This document shows, in pieces, positions 18,925 to 31,108 of a stretch of DNA of 64,000 nucleotides; the first letter of the stretch is position 1; every line of letters starts with the position of its first letter. The translations under genes were made by a program, and so were the position numbers. Source of the DNA: Eukaryota sp. TZLM1-RC (Eukaryota; Protista; Metamonada: BaSk clade); assembly GCA_040285825.1 (NCBI GenBank), contig JAUPSS010000002.1, positions 434,001-498,000 on the forward strand. Reading direction: 5' to 3'. The notes below the pieces were generated by a model that was given only the letters and a program-made list of their open reading frames with translations, did no database searches and was not told where the DNA came from.

Positions 18925-21075
18925 TCAGCTTAAATACAAACTAACAACATCAGACTTTGTAAAAGATAAATTGCACACAGGACACCTTCGTTCTCTCCGA
19001 TGAAGGCGCTCTTCTATGCAATTCCTACACGTGGAATGACCGCATTTAGATAAAACAACTTCTTTATCGTTAATTCTGCAAAAGCACTTGATACGTTGGT
19101 AAAGAGCATCCCTTTCCTCCTCCAAATTAGTTACAACATGGGATACATCTCGTTGTACGGAAGGTTCTTCAACTAATTCAATTTCACCTTCTTCTGCTTC
19201 ACCACCCAATCCCACACTTTGAAGTTTCTTTCGTAGTAGCTGATTCTGTTCATCAGCAAAATGCAGAGCAGTTTCCAGTTGAGAAGTTTCCTCTGCAAGC
19301 TTCTTCTTGTGCGATTCCAGCTGATTTAGTTTATCATGAAGAGAATCAATTTCTTCACGAGCCTTTAACAGTTGGGCCAGTTCTTTATCCTGGGCAGAGG
19401 TGGCAGACTTGGCCGCAGCATCACTTTGGGAAAGGCTAAACACCAGCTGTTTCGTTTCGAGCGCTTCCTTCTCTCGTAATTGTTCAGCTGCTTTCAGTGC
19501 TTCCTCAGCTGCCTCAGTACGGATTCTAGCAGCATCAGCTTCTCTTTTATACTCCAGGAAACAACGTTTCAGGGCGTTGATTTGGGTCTTGAGGTCATGC
19601 CTGGCTTGTAACAGCTTAGTGTTAGCATCATCCTTGTCTTTTAATTGGCTAATGAGTCGGCTGTTCTGATCAATCATTTTTGATAGTTGGCTGGCAACGT
19701 CATCAAGTTCAAGCATGAGTTCGTCGAGCTCTGAATCACCTGTTTCCTTCCTTTCAGATCGAAATTCCCGCTTATTGACCTGTTCTAGTCTATTTTTGAG
19801 CTCTTCAATCAAAATTTGCTGCTCCTTGACAACATTAGAACCTGTAAGTTCAGAAATGTCCGCATCATGATTAAGTTCTTCCTTGGCTTTGTATTCGTCA
19901 ATGACCTTTGACAAGCTAAATATTTCATCTTGAGCCTTAGTGAGCTGCTGTTGAATACTTGCCGCTCTTGCATCAGCATGCCTGGTTGCCATATGGACTT
20001 GATCCTTAGAATTCTGAGTCCAAGTTGTTAGGCTGTGAATCAAGTTGGCCTTGGTCGTCTCAAGCTCCTTAGATTTGTTGGCAACCCTCAAAAATTTATC
20101 ATAAGTCCTAGTCCAGAGCTGAGACCTTCGGACAGACTTATCATCAAGAGAGACTGTCGTTTGAGAAGCTAACTGTTCCCTTAAAGAGGTGTTCTCTCGT
20201 TGTAGGTCAGTGATGGTGTTACTCCTCGTGCTCAACTTTGCCTTTAGATCGGCAACCTCAGCAATCAAATCAACGTCAGCAGGTCCCCCTCCAGCCGAGA
20301 AAGTCTCAAGTTTTCTTCGTAGCTCAAAATCAGTTTGATTGCATCTTTCGACTTCTGCCTTGAGCGCTTCAAGGTCACTTTCCATCTTTAAATTTTGTTC
20401 CGATAATTTATTATTATCTTCAACTATTTTAGCTAACCTACGACCTAATTCTTCTAATTGATTGTCCTTTTCTAATAAAATTTGGTCTTTTTTGAGGATA
20501 ATAGACTTTAATTCAGCCTCTGTATCGGTTTTCTTTGTGTTAGTTGCTTCAAGTTGTGCACAGCGAGTTCTGAGCTGGCTGACAATTGACTCCAAGTGTG
20601 AGGTACGGTCAATTTGTTCAGCAGAAAGATTGGAACATTGAGAATCACGTTGAGAAACGAGAGTACGAACTGCAGCAAGAAGAGATGCGAGAAGGCTATA
20701 AGTAGGTGAGAGTAACTCCTTGAAGTTAGAGGGAACTTGTGAAAGACTCTCAGGGAATGGAGACGTACAAAGACGTTGGAAAAAGTTAACATAATCATCA
20801 GGAGGGCGTGTGGGAAGCTGTTCAAGGTGAGCAATAGGGTCTACGAGGCCAGTTTCAGTCAACGTGACAGACAATTCTCTCGTGAGTGTCTCCCATTGTG
20901 ACCTCAATTCAGCAAGTGTGGAGTCTACATCACACTGATGCTTATCCTGAGACGCTATTATGCCCTTGAGTCTAGAAATCTCCTCCTTTTGTTCAAAAAG
21001 CTTTGTACGAATTCCCACATTTTGTTGTTGAAGTGCAGCAAGTTCCGGGTTCGTGGTGAGACTCGGGCTTGACAT
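18925..21075 (-). CDS. BRE1: BRE1-like E3 ubiquitin ligase
   Basis: Long coiled coil, QLKDKDDANTKLL, and a C-terminal RING (CFC...KCGHSTCRNCI...RERRCPVCNLSF). Confidence 0.85.
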   Translation of the reverse strand: MSSPSLTTNPELAALQQQNVGIRTKLFEQKEEISRLKGIIASQDKHQCDVDSTLAELRSQWETLTRELSVTLTETGLVDPIAHLEQLPTRPPDDYVNFFQRLCTSPFPESLSQVPSNFKELLSPTYSLLASLLAAVRTLVSQRDSQCSNLSAEQIDRTSHLESIVSQLRTRCAQLEATNTKKTDTEAELKSIILKKDQILLEKDNQLEELGRRLAKIVEDNNKLSEQNLKMESDLEALKAEVERCNQTDFELRRKLETFSAGGGPADVDLIAEVADLKAKLSTRSNTITDLQRENTSLREQLASQTTVSLDDKSVRRSQLWTRTYDKFLRVANKSKELETTKANLIHSLTTWTQNSKDQVHMATRHADARAASIQQQLTKAQDEIFSLSKVIDEYKAKEELNHDADISELTGSNVVKEQQILIEELKNRLEQVNKREFRSERKETGDSELDELMLELDDVASQLSKMIDQNSRLISQLKDKDDANTKLLQARHDLKTQINALKRCFLEYKREADAARIRTEAAEEALKAAEQLREKEALETKQLVFSLSQSDAAAKSATSAQDKELAQLLKAREEIDSLHDKLNQLESHKKKLAEETSQLETALHFADEQNQLLRKKLQSVGLGGEAEEGEIELVEEPSVQRDVSHVVTNLEEERDALYQRIKCFCRINDKEVVLSKCGHSTCRNCIEERLHRRERRCPVCNLSFTKSDVVSLYLS

Positions 21076-21400
21076 CTGCTTAGGTTATGATAGCAATATC
21101 AATTTCTTTGCAAAGATGTGGTATAAATTGAATCTTACTTTTCTAAACCTTCATGCTCTTCACAGCTCTTTGCAATCTTTTTGGTCTACATTATTTTGAA
21201 TATGAGAGTGTGTAATTCATTCCCAAGTTTGGAACACTGTTGCCATCCCTATCCCAATAGACACCACATTCACTGTTGCACAGTGTACCAGTCCATGCCT
21301 AGCGACCAGTTTGTTATTATCTCTTTGTTGATTTCAATTTTGTTGTAGTGCACGAATCCCCCCCCCCAACTTGATTCGAATGTTGTTTCTTTGATCGGAT

Positions 21401-22200
21401 ACCATTGTACCGCGAAGATTTGGACTGTGTGACACTAATGAAGCGTTTGTAACAAAAATGAGATTATTTTGGAATATTCCCATTAATCAAATATTTTTTA
21501 AACAAAATGTATTTGTTCGAATTCACCTCAACTCACTTTGCGCCATGCTCTGAATTGTTCTAAATTGATAACCTATCGTTCTTCATTACATGATGCTGTT
21601 AGAGACACTGATTTCAATATGGTTCGAACTGCAAGAATCTCGTGTATCAAAGAGCTTTAGCTGAAAGAAACAATGTCAATGAATGATTTTGGTTCTGATG
21701 ACAGAGGTGATATATACTGTGATTGGATTGAGAACTCTGAAGCTGTTGTTGACTTTTTCTCATGCATTGTTGCAAATGACACTTTGGTTCAAAGAAGAAA
21801 ACTTAGTCTTGTAGATGCACTCGAATTTAAAGCCAAAGAAAAGCATAGAAAATATGACAAAGATATTGAAGCAGCTATTGCTGATAGAAATAGACCACTT
21901 GTTTTTATTGTTTTTATCATTTTCTATGAACAAAAGACTATCAGTAGAAGCAGGAACCTTGGTGAATGATTTCCAAAAAATGGTTAAAGAAAAAACAATT
22001 AAAAAAGATTTGATATCTTTTTATGGCGCTCTCGAATTCAATTTGCCATTATTAAAAGATTGCACCGGTTTTTCAATCAAATTAAAGAATCTTTAGCTAG
22101 ACATCAAGCAGATCAAGATTTTGGAGAGGAAACCTTGGTTGCATGCATTTCGTCCCATTAGTTATGAGTTTATTTTGTAAGTGTGCAAGTTCAATAAATA
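21401..22200 (+). mobile_element. Non-LTR retrotransposon 3' part (family B, RLE), degenerate
   Basis: DDRGDIYCDWI...VVDF...KAKEKHRKY; colinear with ~63075-63868. Confidence 0.85.
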
Positions 22201-22737
22201 TTACGGAGTCAAGAAATGGTTAAACACTGACCATAATAGGGCTTGTTTGTTTTTTCTAGCTTTAAGTTGTACCATTTATGGTTTATTAAAATGACTTTCT
22301 ACTTCGTCAGTGATTAACTTTCTACGAATAAGATCTCAACAGATCAAATTTGAACATAGTAGAGGTAGGAAAGTTGCTCCAAAGTTGCGAATCTAAAATA
22401 TATGATAATGTACAATGGTTCAAACAAATTTTATATAAAATGAGGTAAGCTTGTGATACACTAAAACTAAAAATTGTAGGAAATGAGACAATTTGAGCTA
22501 CTAAATTGACAAAGAGACTCATTGTTTCAACCATAGCTATAAGTTTAAATAACCTGACACAGTTTCTGTTTTCTCAAGACTACATTTGGAGTAAACAAAT
22601 GTGTAATTGCACATCTTAATAGGTTTATTTGTGTAGGGTTCGGTTTATTGGAATAAATTGAACTAATCATTTCTCTCCTTTAATCAGCTATTAGACAGGA
22701 ATTTGGTAAAAAAGGAAGACCACAAACAATGATTTAT

Positions 22738-23331
22738 TTACATGCGTGACTCTAAAACAGATTTCAACTGTACAAGTCGTCCAAGGGTTGGAAACAGAGA
22801 AAGAGACTCCTTATTTAGCCAGCCTTCTTGCATCATCAACGCTTCATTTACATCATTTGCTACCAAAAATCGACACTTTGGGTCCAGTAAACGGTCTACA
22901 TTGAACTCACCACGTAGTTGAGGATCATCAATGACCAGGAGGAGTCCTAGCTCACCAAGCCGATCTATAAACTTCTCCGGGGAACATCCCAACTCAGCGA
23001 GGTTGGAGGTAAATTTGTCGGTTATTTCCATCCAATTGTCAGGAGAATCTTGGAACTGATCTATAAGCATTTGGGAATATAATTTGAAAGCTAACTCTTC
23101 TCTTGTTTGTAGCAGTATAGGATCTAGTTCGTGAATTAGGGAAATAGCTGTTGGAATATCTTTAGACTTGATTAGAGAGACAATGTTTTTACGTGCAGCT
23201 ATACGATCACAAGGAAACGACACACATAGCCCCGACTCTTTTACAAAGGAAGAGGCGGTTTGTGCATGGCCATTATATAGAAGAGTCGCCAAAACTGAAT
23301 ACTGGGAGAGTTTAAGGGCCATTCTTGACAA
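22738..23331 (-). CDS. LisH-CTLH-CRA protein (GID8/TWA1-like); start uncertain
   Basis: VLATLLYNGHAQTASSFVKES (LisH), RKNIVSLIKSKDIPTAI...LAFKL (CTLH), RFLVANDVNEALM (CRA). Confidence 0.75.
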   Translation of the reverse strand: MSRMALKLSQYSVLATLLYNGHAQTASSFVKESGLCVSFPCDRIAARKNIVSLIKSKDIPTAISLIHELDPILLQTREELAFKLYSQMLIDQFQDSPDNWMEITDKFTSNLAELGCSPEKFIDRLGELGLLLVIDDPQLRGEFNVDRLLDPKCRFLVANDVNEALMMQEGWLNKESLSLFPTLGRLVQLKSVLESRM

Positions 23332-23649
23332 TATTGGCTATAAGATAACGCCTATATGGGATTGATGTTCTGGATTTTGATCATCTTTGACAAAGCACTT
23401 TGTACATATACGCTACAATTCTTCGCTTGATTTACATCTGTAAGCCCTTTACGAATAGATGTTTAGTACCTCTTCCATGGTCTCCGATTTCAGCACCATT
23501 TCTATGTGTCCACTGTTTTTCTGGGTTCTCACAATTGAAAGAACAACATCTAGTCCGAAACCCATCAATTGACTCGTTTCAGAATTATGTGAAGCTCAAC
23601 AACAATATTTTTAATCAAAGTATTAAGAGAACTATATGTTTATTAAGAG

Positions 23650-24765
23650 CTGAAGAACTCTAATTAAACTTGAATAACATTGATCACACAAAAAAAATTG
23701 TAGCAGAACGAGAAGCAACTATCCCAATTCAACTTCAAAGACAGAAATTTCCAACAATTAAGTGGTATATTGAAGAAAATAACTAAAAATTAGTATTGTT
23801 TGAGATGTGTATCATCACAAAACATTTAGGAAACTGAGATGGTGGACTGAGATCAATCACACAAGATATTGAGGCGAAAATGATTCAGTGCTTTCAATAA
23901 GTAATTGTTAGTCTTGAACAGGTGTCAGAAGCAAATAAATGGGACTATATTTCGGATATTTCAAAAGTTAAGAAATAGATAGAAATAGAATTATATTTCA
24001 AGATCAAAAATACAGTCATTTACAACACAATCACCCTGATCATCATTTTTCTTTCGCAAACTGCCAGAGTTACGTCTACAGCGAACTATATCTCTTTCAT
24101 TTTGGTCATCAATTCAGAACAATTCTTAGAAAAGTGACTTGAATCCGACGAAGAAATAAAAATTTTCTTTCAAGTCTAAAAATGTCCAAGAAATAAAAAT
24201 AAAGTAAAGTAAAATAGAAGTTTATTTAGTTTTTCCAATACAGGGTCTTCAATAGTATTTACTAGTAGTATTGTTCATTAGTACTTCGAAATTATGCTCA
24301 AGTAGAGAGTTTACAATTCCTATGTAAAATAAACTACATTATCTTTACTGTATGACTCCTAACCGTAGCCAAAGACCATCATAATTGGTGATTCCAGTAA
24401 AGTTGTTATTGAGACTAGAGACAAGGAACATCGAAAACACATGAGATTTAAAGAACCCACCAGGAGAAAAGGTCTGATACTTGTTTCCAAATCAAGGTTG
24501 GTTAAAAGATCTTTTGAATTAATAAACTTTCAACGAACTTCAAAACAGTTGTTGTCCTTTCAATAGTAAGATGTCGAATAAAACAGTTGAAACAGTCAGA
24601 TGGTGGAACAACCCGAGGCAATTGAAGAGACATGAGATGACTATTCATCAACACTTTAATATGTGCAAAGCATACGAAACTTTGTGGAATAGAGATAGAA
24701 ATACTTCAATTAATAACTAGACAAACGCACATGTTAATGGTGGATTTAGAATGGTATACCCAAGA
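23650..24765 (+). pseudogene. Fanzor1 C-terminal remnant (second subfamily), split by a 474-bp insertion
   Basis: Manual translation across frameshifts: EKQLSQFN..., FRKLRWWTEINHTR, then after the insertion IGDSSKVVI...KHMRFKEPTRRKGL...RTSK...NNPR...CKAYETLWNRDRNTSINN...GGFRMVYPR. Confidence 0.75.
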
Positions 24766-24862
24766 GCCAACGTGATAAAAGAAGGTGTAAAGGAGAACAT
24801 ATTCCAAATCTGAAAAACTTAAAACTTTGGGGTTAGACTCTTATATCATTGTTACAGTCAGA

Positions 24863-25897
24863 ATGACATCTCAACACAACGTTCCCAGTAATGTTTCTGG
24901 TAGTATTCCCCCCTCTGCCAGCATTGCCGAACCCACCATAACTTCTTCAACTCAACCTTCAGTGTCCAATGGTCCTCATACTGTGGCATATGGAATGGTT
25001 ATGGACCCTGCCTCAGAAAAAGTTCCTGTAGGAGCTGTTGAGATTTCCATGAAACATGCTTTCCTAAACAAAACTTTGACCTTCATCAGCCAGTGTTCTA
25101 GAGCAAGTTGTAGTTGCTTATTTGTTCAATTCAATGGACGTATTGAACGGTATTCTTGGTCAGATATTGTATCTTTATTACACAGTGTATATGGTACCAT
25201 CACCAGAAGCAATCCCACCATAACCTCTGTCGTTTATTTTACTCCCATGCGCCCTTCTTTTTTTGCAGATAGCCATATTCAAACCCTTTTCTATGATGAC
25301 GAGGTACCAGAATTCCTTTCCGGCATATTTGAAGGACGCTCTAAGCTATCAATGCCTCCTCTTGTCCTTCGTAAGCTTACCTTTCCAGTTGACTCTGAAT
25401 CTCTTAATGAATTCCATTCTGCTACCAAGGATGGTTCTTTGTTCTCTCAACAACATGTTTTCGTTGGAGGAACGTTTGATCGTCTTCACAATGGTCATAG
25501 GCTTTTACTTCAATCAGCAGCGTATGCGACCTGTGGAAAGTTAACAGTTGGAGTCACTAGTGACGATATAATAACCCATAAATCAAATTCGCATTTGATT
25601 CAGTCTTTTGAACAACGATACGCTTCTGTCCATGCATTTCTACTTGATGTTGCATCCAACATTGTCTTTGAGGTGCGCGAATTGTTAGATTCTGCAGGCC
25701 CGGCTCTTCTGGCTCCTGAGGGCTTGCTGGTTGTAACTGATGACACATTGGAGAATGGAAATAAAATCAACGAAAGGAGAAAGGAACGAGGACTTAAACC
25801 CTTAGAAATCGCAGTGATTGATACATTATCCATACCAGACGGAAGAACTCTTTCTAGTTCTATGTTGAGAGAATCAGATTCTACAAGTGTTGATTGA
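24863..25897 (+). CDS. Phosphopantetheine adenylyltransferase (CAB4/COASY PPAT-like)
   Basis: VGGTFDRLHNGHRLLL, GVTSD, IQSFEQR, INERRKERGLKPL, LSSSMLR. Confidence 0.85.
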   Translation: MTSQHNVPSNVSGSIPPSASIAEPTITSSTQPSVSNGPHTVAYGMVMDPASEKVPVGAVEISMKHAFLNKTLTFISQCSRASCSCLFVQFNGRIERYSWSDIVSLLHSVYGTITRSNPTITSVVYFTPMRPSFFADSHIQTLFYDDEVPEFLSGIFEGRSKLSMPPLVLRKLTFPVDSESLNEFHSATKDGSLFSQQHVFVGGTFDRLHNGHRLLLQSAAYATCGKLTVGVTSDDIITHKSNSHLIQSFEQRYASVHAFLLDVASNIVFEVRELLDSAGPALLAPEGLLVVTDDTLENGNKINERRKERGLKPLEIAVIDTLSIPDGRTLSSSMLRESDSTSVD

Positions 25898-25988
25898 TAA
25901 GATTGATTTGATTGTAACGTGAAGGGAATAATTTATAGCTTAAACAAAATTAATATACAAAAAACTAACCAAAAAAATACACAAAAAA

Positions 25989-28900
25989 TTATTCATTTTC
26001 CATTTCTTTCCCACAATACCAAATGGTTAATTCCCTTAAATATGATTCCACATCAGTAAGTAATTCCAAATCATTTGGTTCAACAGTTGATGAACATAAT
26101 GCACAATTCTTGTAAATGGAAAGATGCTCAACAAACTGAGAAAAGCTACCAGGGAACCGACACGAAGGACAAAAGGTCAAATCATCAGAAGTAATTGCCA
26201 ATCCAGTAATCAAACAAAAAGGAACGATAGATTTGCAGCTTTCACAAGATCCTGCTGTAATTGAAATAGGAAACGAACAGAAGGGACATGGTGACGTTTC
26301 ATCAAGAAGATTTGATTGAGACTTGTCCCTTTTCCTTATAATTCGTTCTATCTTTGATCTATACTGAGAAGGAACTTCCTCCACCATATCTGACTGCATT
26401 AATTGACTGGCATAGTGGAAAGAAGTCTCTCGAAGTCCAGCTTTTTGACACTCAACTACCAGGGAAATGAACAAAGACACTCGATGCTGCATGAATACCT
26501 CGCTATCAACGACCCTCAAAAGCATCAAAGCAGCAAAATCGTGCCGGCCCCTTTTAATCAACTGTCTCGTGATTACATATGAATGCAGATTACGTAGCAT
26601 TGAATACAGCTTGGTTGGCAACTTAAAGCCAGCCTCACCATCCTTGATTTTAGACAATGTCGTATACAAAGTATTTCTTGCATCCAAGTACTTTCCAGTT
26701 TCAACTTCCTGCCCAGCAATAATAAGTGCCGTCTTTGCTGCTTGGCTATAGTGCCCTAGCTTCACATAAAGAGTAAATAGATGGTGAACATCTTTTGGTT
26801 TTCCATCAGAATCTCCCATCAAGTAATCAAATAAAGTTCTGATCAGCAGTTCATTATTGGACTGAGCAGCAACATCTATGGCATCATCAATGGCATCAGC
26901 TTCCAAATAAAGCTTAAGTGCCTTGTGAAAATGTCCTTTTGATTGGTGGAAAGAAGCAGCGGTATGGGGTCTACCATTAGCTATTGCCAATTCAGATGCT
27001 CTATCAGAATCGCCAGTAATGAACAAAAACTCTACCAATCCATCTACATCATTGATGGATTCACAAAAGTCAGCACAAACGCTAGCAGCTGTGACGTCCT
27101 TGGTGTCTCTAACAAGAGTGAAAGCCTCTGAGACTGAATCCAAGTTGTACAGTAGTATTCGAACATGATCAGCTAATGAATCAGCAGAGAGGTAAGCTTT
27201 ACTCGCTTCAGAGTAGATACCATTGGCTTCACACTTCCTTGCGTAATCAATGAGAAGCTTTGGGGAGTGTACTGCCTGGATAATCTTGGAACATTCACTC
27301 AGTTCATTACCAGCAAGGAGTAGTGCCACTGCCTTTTCATGAGCTCCTGTTTTCCTATACAACTTAGCAGCAATTGAGGTTTGTTGAAGTGAAGCAAGAA
27401 TATCCGCACATTCAAGAGCAAGTTCTTTGTTTTGGCTCTTGTACGGAATTTCTGCAATTTCTATATTACCACAGCGTAATTCACACTTAATAATCCCATT
27501 ATTACAAGCCTCTATTTGTTCCTCTGAGAGACTCTCTTCTCCTGATAAAGCCTTTTTGAAGTAAATCAAAGCTCTATCGTACTCTTCAAGCATTTCCAGC
27601 TGTTCCGCGTAGTTGAGGCAAATCAAAGGAACTCTGTTGGGACAGCAATAAGAGCTGAGAGAAAGTGCTTCTTCCCAATTGTGGAGATCAATTGCAAGTT
27701 CAAGGCATTCCATAGTGTTGTTACCTAATTCAAACTGTTTTTTAGCATTATCTAAATCATCCAAAAGTATTGAGCAATACGCCTTTAGCTCTGAAACGTT
27801 CTCCGTCCTTGAGAAGGTCTTGATGGCCATGTAGGATGCGGCATCTCCCAGCTGCCGAGAAGCTAGTTCTGCAATGGTGAGATCCAATGTTTCCAATGCC
27901 CGAACAACAAGCCGTTGATAATATTTTCGATCTTTCAATTGAAGGGCAACTTCCCATGCCTCACGTAGTCTACCAAGTCTTAAAAGTTGATTGAAAGCTT
28001 CCCCGAGCCTTCCAACAGACGACAAGACTGAAGAATGAGAATCCAACACAATGGCCGAAAGACCAAATCCTTCAATAAAAGAGAAGACCTCCCCATTGAG
28101 CAAAACCAAGGGAATTGATTCTGGGGAAAGGACATTTGTGTTGGAGATGAGTTCTATAGAAGGGCCTGTGATGGTATTTGGGGTTGAAACGTAACAGTGA
28201 GCATGGTGAGAGAGATCAATGACGGTGAAACAAGATTGGTCGACATCATCCCAAATGATTGATTTTGTCGATGACGGAAACTCTGGAATTTCAAATACTG
28301 ATGACGTGACAGGGTTGATTAATGAGCCATTCCCGTCTAAATCAACAGTGACTATTCGAGTAAAATATGAATTCGGATATAAATTAGTTAATGGTAATGG
28401 CGTACTGATTTCAACTACAACTGAATTAAACACGAGGGAATAGAGAATTAATCCACTATTAGTTCCAAAAGCTACAAACTCGGAACCAATTCCCACATCA
28501 AGAATTTCGTGGTGATCATTTAGGGGAAACCAAACCTCCTCGAAATCATCATTCTTTTGGGAGTGTAACAGAGCACGTTTTCCCATTCTAACAATCACGT
28601 GATCTGAGGTCAGTGCCACGTCATCAACAGTTGTCAAATACTCTCTATGACCTAATAAAGCCATAGTTGAAGGACTCCCAATCTGCTCAGGCAACATTCC
28701 TTGATAATACCAAACCAAGCTGTTGATACAAACCGCCAAACAATACCCAGACCCAAGGACAACAACAGCTGGTTCTTGGGTAAGATTAGCCTTCATGAGC
28801 GGGACAGGGGGTGAACCTGGAGGAAAGCCGTCTGGAAGAACACAATCAAAGATGGTGACTTCATAGAGAGAAGTCATGTGAGCTACCAAGGAGGAGAAAG

Positions 28901-29966
28901 AGGAGGTAAGAACTGGTGTGCGGGTAGCCTCGGCAAAGACGTGACCATCGACTGTAGACACGGTCAGAATTCCACCGTCTGACCCCCAGGTAACTGATTG
29001 AAAACTATTTCCTGTTTCTGCCTGAGTAATTGACTGAGGTGACGTGATACTCCAATCAGTTGTCGATATCAACTCAACCACCTCCTCATACAGCACTGCT
29101 ACCACTGAACAAGATCCCAAATGCTGACTAGATTTACTAAAGGTGAAGCAGTGAGAGAGACCTAGAACAGGTGAGGTTCGTAATAAGTGGTGGCGAACTA
29201 CTCTGGTTACTGATAGTTGGCCTTGTTCGAGGTATTTGAGCTGAAGAATGGACACGTTGCCGCTATCCTGGCCAGTTATTAAATGAAGGTCAGGTAATGG
29301 TTCAAAAACAGAGATGGAGGTCAAATCTAGCCTGTGTAGGGGGGAGTTAGTGGAGGTGCAAAACGAGTAAAGAGTATTGGAACAAAGAGCCAAGCACAGT
29401 TCAATAGACTTGAATGATGTAAAGGAAACTTGACTGGGAACAGAAGGTAGGCTGACGTGATCTCTGATTGACTCGTATTGACTGGGTTTGGAAATGGAAA
29501 TGGTCTTATCCTCAGACGCCAAAACCAACAGATTAGAAGGAGTCCAAGTAACCTTGGTGATTCTTTTTTGATGTTTTCCAATAAACTTACCCATTCTCTT
29601 GGTGGTTGAGTCATAGATAAAGAAAGCTCCCTTGTCTGTACCAATAGCAAGAACAGAGGACTTGGGAGACCATGCGAGAGAAGTTACAGGTCTAGCTGTG
29701 GGTATAGAAGAGTGTGTAGCAGAGGCTGATTCAAAGAGGGTTATTTGCTGTTGATTTAAAACAGAAATGGCTAGGAAATCACCGTTGAACTCCCAGGATA
29801 TAGAAGCACGTTTGTTTGGAACTGGTATAGCAGATATAAGACTACCTTGACGATCATAAATAGAAACTGAGCCAAATAAAGAAACTGCTATCATATTAGA
29901 ATCAGGACGCCATTTACAGATGGCCCCACCAGTATCAGAGCTGGGGGGACTGATGGAGAAGAGCAT
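25989..29966 (-). CDS. WDR19: WD repeat protein 19 / IFT144
   Basis: WD40 N terminus (GKHQKRIT), TPR region, YLMGDSDGKPKD, AAKTALIIA, C-terminal CPFC...CESC...PFC. Confidence 0.92.
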   Translation of the reverse strand: MLFSISPPSSDTGGAICKWRPDSNMIAVSLFGSVSIYDRQGSLISAIPVPNKRASISWEFNGDFLAISVLNQQQITLFESASATHSSIPTARPVTSLAWSPKSSVLAIGTDKGAFFIYDSTTKRMGKFIGKHQKRITKVTWTPSNLLVLASEDKTISISKPSQYESIRDHVSLPSVPSQVSFTSFKSIELCLALCSNTLYSFCTSTNSPLHRLDLTSISVFEPLPDLHLITGQDSGNVSILQLKYLEQGQLSVTRVVRHHLLRTSPVLGLSHCFTFSKSSQHLGSCSVVAVLYEEVVELISTTDWSITSPQSITQAETGNSFQSVTWGSDGGILTVSTVDGHVFAEATRTPVLTSSFSSLVAHMTSLYEVTIFDCVLPDGFPPGSPPVPLMKANLTQEPAVVVLGSGYCLAVCINSLVWYYQGMLPEQIGSPSTMALLGHREYLTTVDDVALTSDHVIVRMGKRALLHSQKNDDFEEVWFPLNDHHEILDVGIGSEFVAFGTNSGLILYSLVFNSVVVEISTPLPLTNLYPNSYFTRIVTVDLDGNGSLINPVTSSVFEIPEFPSSTKSIIWDDVDQSCFTVIDLSHHAHCYVSTPNTITGPSIELISNTNVLSPESIPLVLLNGEVFSFIEGFGLSAIVLDSHSSVLSSVGRLGEAFNQLLRLGRLREAWEVALQLKDRKYYQRLVVRALETLDLTIAELASRQLGDAASYMAIKTFSRTENVSELKAYCSILLDDLDNAKKQFELGNNTMECLELAIDLHNWEEALSLSSYCCPNRVPLICLNYAEQLEMLEEYDRALIYFKKALSGEESLSEEQIEACNNGIIKCELRCGNIEIAEIPYKSQNKELALECADILASLQQTSIAAKLYRKTGAHEKAVALLLAGNELSECSKIIQAVHSPKLLIDYARKCEANGIYSEASKAYLSADSLADHVRILLYNLDSVSEAFTLVRDTKDVTAASVCADFCESINDVDGLVEFLFITGDSDRASELAIANGRPHTAASFHQSKGHFHKALKLYLEADAIDDAIDVAAQSNNELLIRTLFDYLMGDSDGKPKDVHHLFTLYVKLGHYSQAAKTALIIAGQEVETGKYLDARNTLYTTLSKIKDGEAGFKLPTKLYSMLRNLHSYVITRQLIKRGRHDFAALMLLRVVDSEVFMQHRVSLFISLVVECQKAGLRETSFHYASQLMQSDMVEEVPSQYRSKIERIIRKRDKSQSNLLDETSPCPFCSFPISITAGSCESCKSIVPFCLITGLAITSDDLTFCPSCRFPGSFSQFVEHLSIYKNCALCSSTVEPNDLELLTDVESYLRELTIWYCGKEMENE

Positions 29967-31108
29967 ATCGTGGAAATCTGTTTGGTTTAATTGTGTGCCT
30001 CAGAATCTTCCAAATTCATCTAATTTTTGTTGCTCCAATCGTCGATCTTTCTGTGAACTCTCTCTCCTCGTCAACCTATGTTGCTCTCCTTCCATTAACT
30101 ATTGATGGTGTCTGCATTCGCTGGCCTTTTTCACTTTGTACTACTTTGTGTCACAATTTACTTTCTCTTAGCTAGCTGAAACACTTCTTTTTTCGAAGAT
30201 TAGTCAACGAATCGGTCCAGTTTGATGAAATTGTCTTAGCGGACCTGTTCAAATGTAAAGACAGTCTTCGTCCCAATTATGAAGCATAACTAGATGTTCG
30301 TCGAGAAGTTTGTCCCAGATTTTTTGGCCTGAATAAAATGTTTATTAATTTTTTGAGTACTAAAACTGTACACGTGGATCAGCTGTACAACACGATATCT
30401 ACATTAGCGTTCAGCTGAAGGAGCTGATCTTACATTGAGTGGATAAAAATAACACCTTCAGCACAGTACATTTTCAAGTCTGCTCTCAAGGAGTTGTCTT
30501 CTCGTTCTTCTTGTGATACTTGCAGTGTTTAGTTATAGTGATGAAAGAAAATATAGTAATACAAATGTTACAATGAATTTGGAAGAGATGATTAGTAAAA
30601 GTGATTTTAATAGTTAATAAAGAACTCTGTCCTACATCACACATTCTTATCTATTATTCAAATAATTATGATGGACAACAACAGTTATGATGATCAGAGT
30701 GGAGGGTTTTAGGGCGAGTCCAACAATTGTTTTAAGAAGGGAATCAACTGCAGGTGTCAGGTTAAAGAGGGTCAAAAATGAGTAGAAAAACATATAGCAA
30801 AATAACAGGGGAGTCCTAAGGCTCGGAAAAGAAGGTAAGTGAGGGAAATAAGAATGAATGGGAAAAGGACAATCCATAAAACCACACAAGAGACCAAAAT
30901 AAGAGAGAGTAATGAGAGAAAAACCCTTACTGCACAAGGAGGTATATTCAAGGTTCCGAAATATCCAGAACCTAGTTTATGAAGTGAGAAAAAAGTAAAT
31001 GAAAACCTCCCAAGTTGAGGGTTAAAAACCTCCCAGAACAGGCAACTAGAAATCGAAAATGGAATGACAGAGATGAAATTTGATAGATGAGCTCTTTATT
31101 CTCACTGC

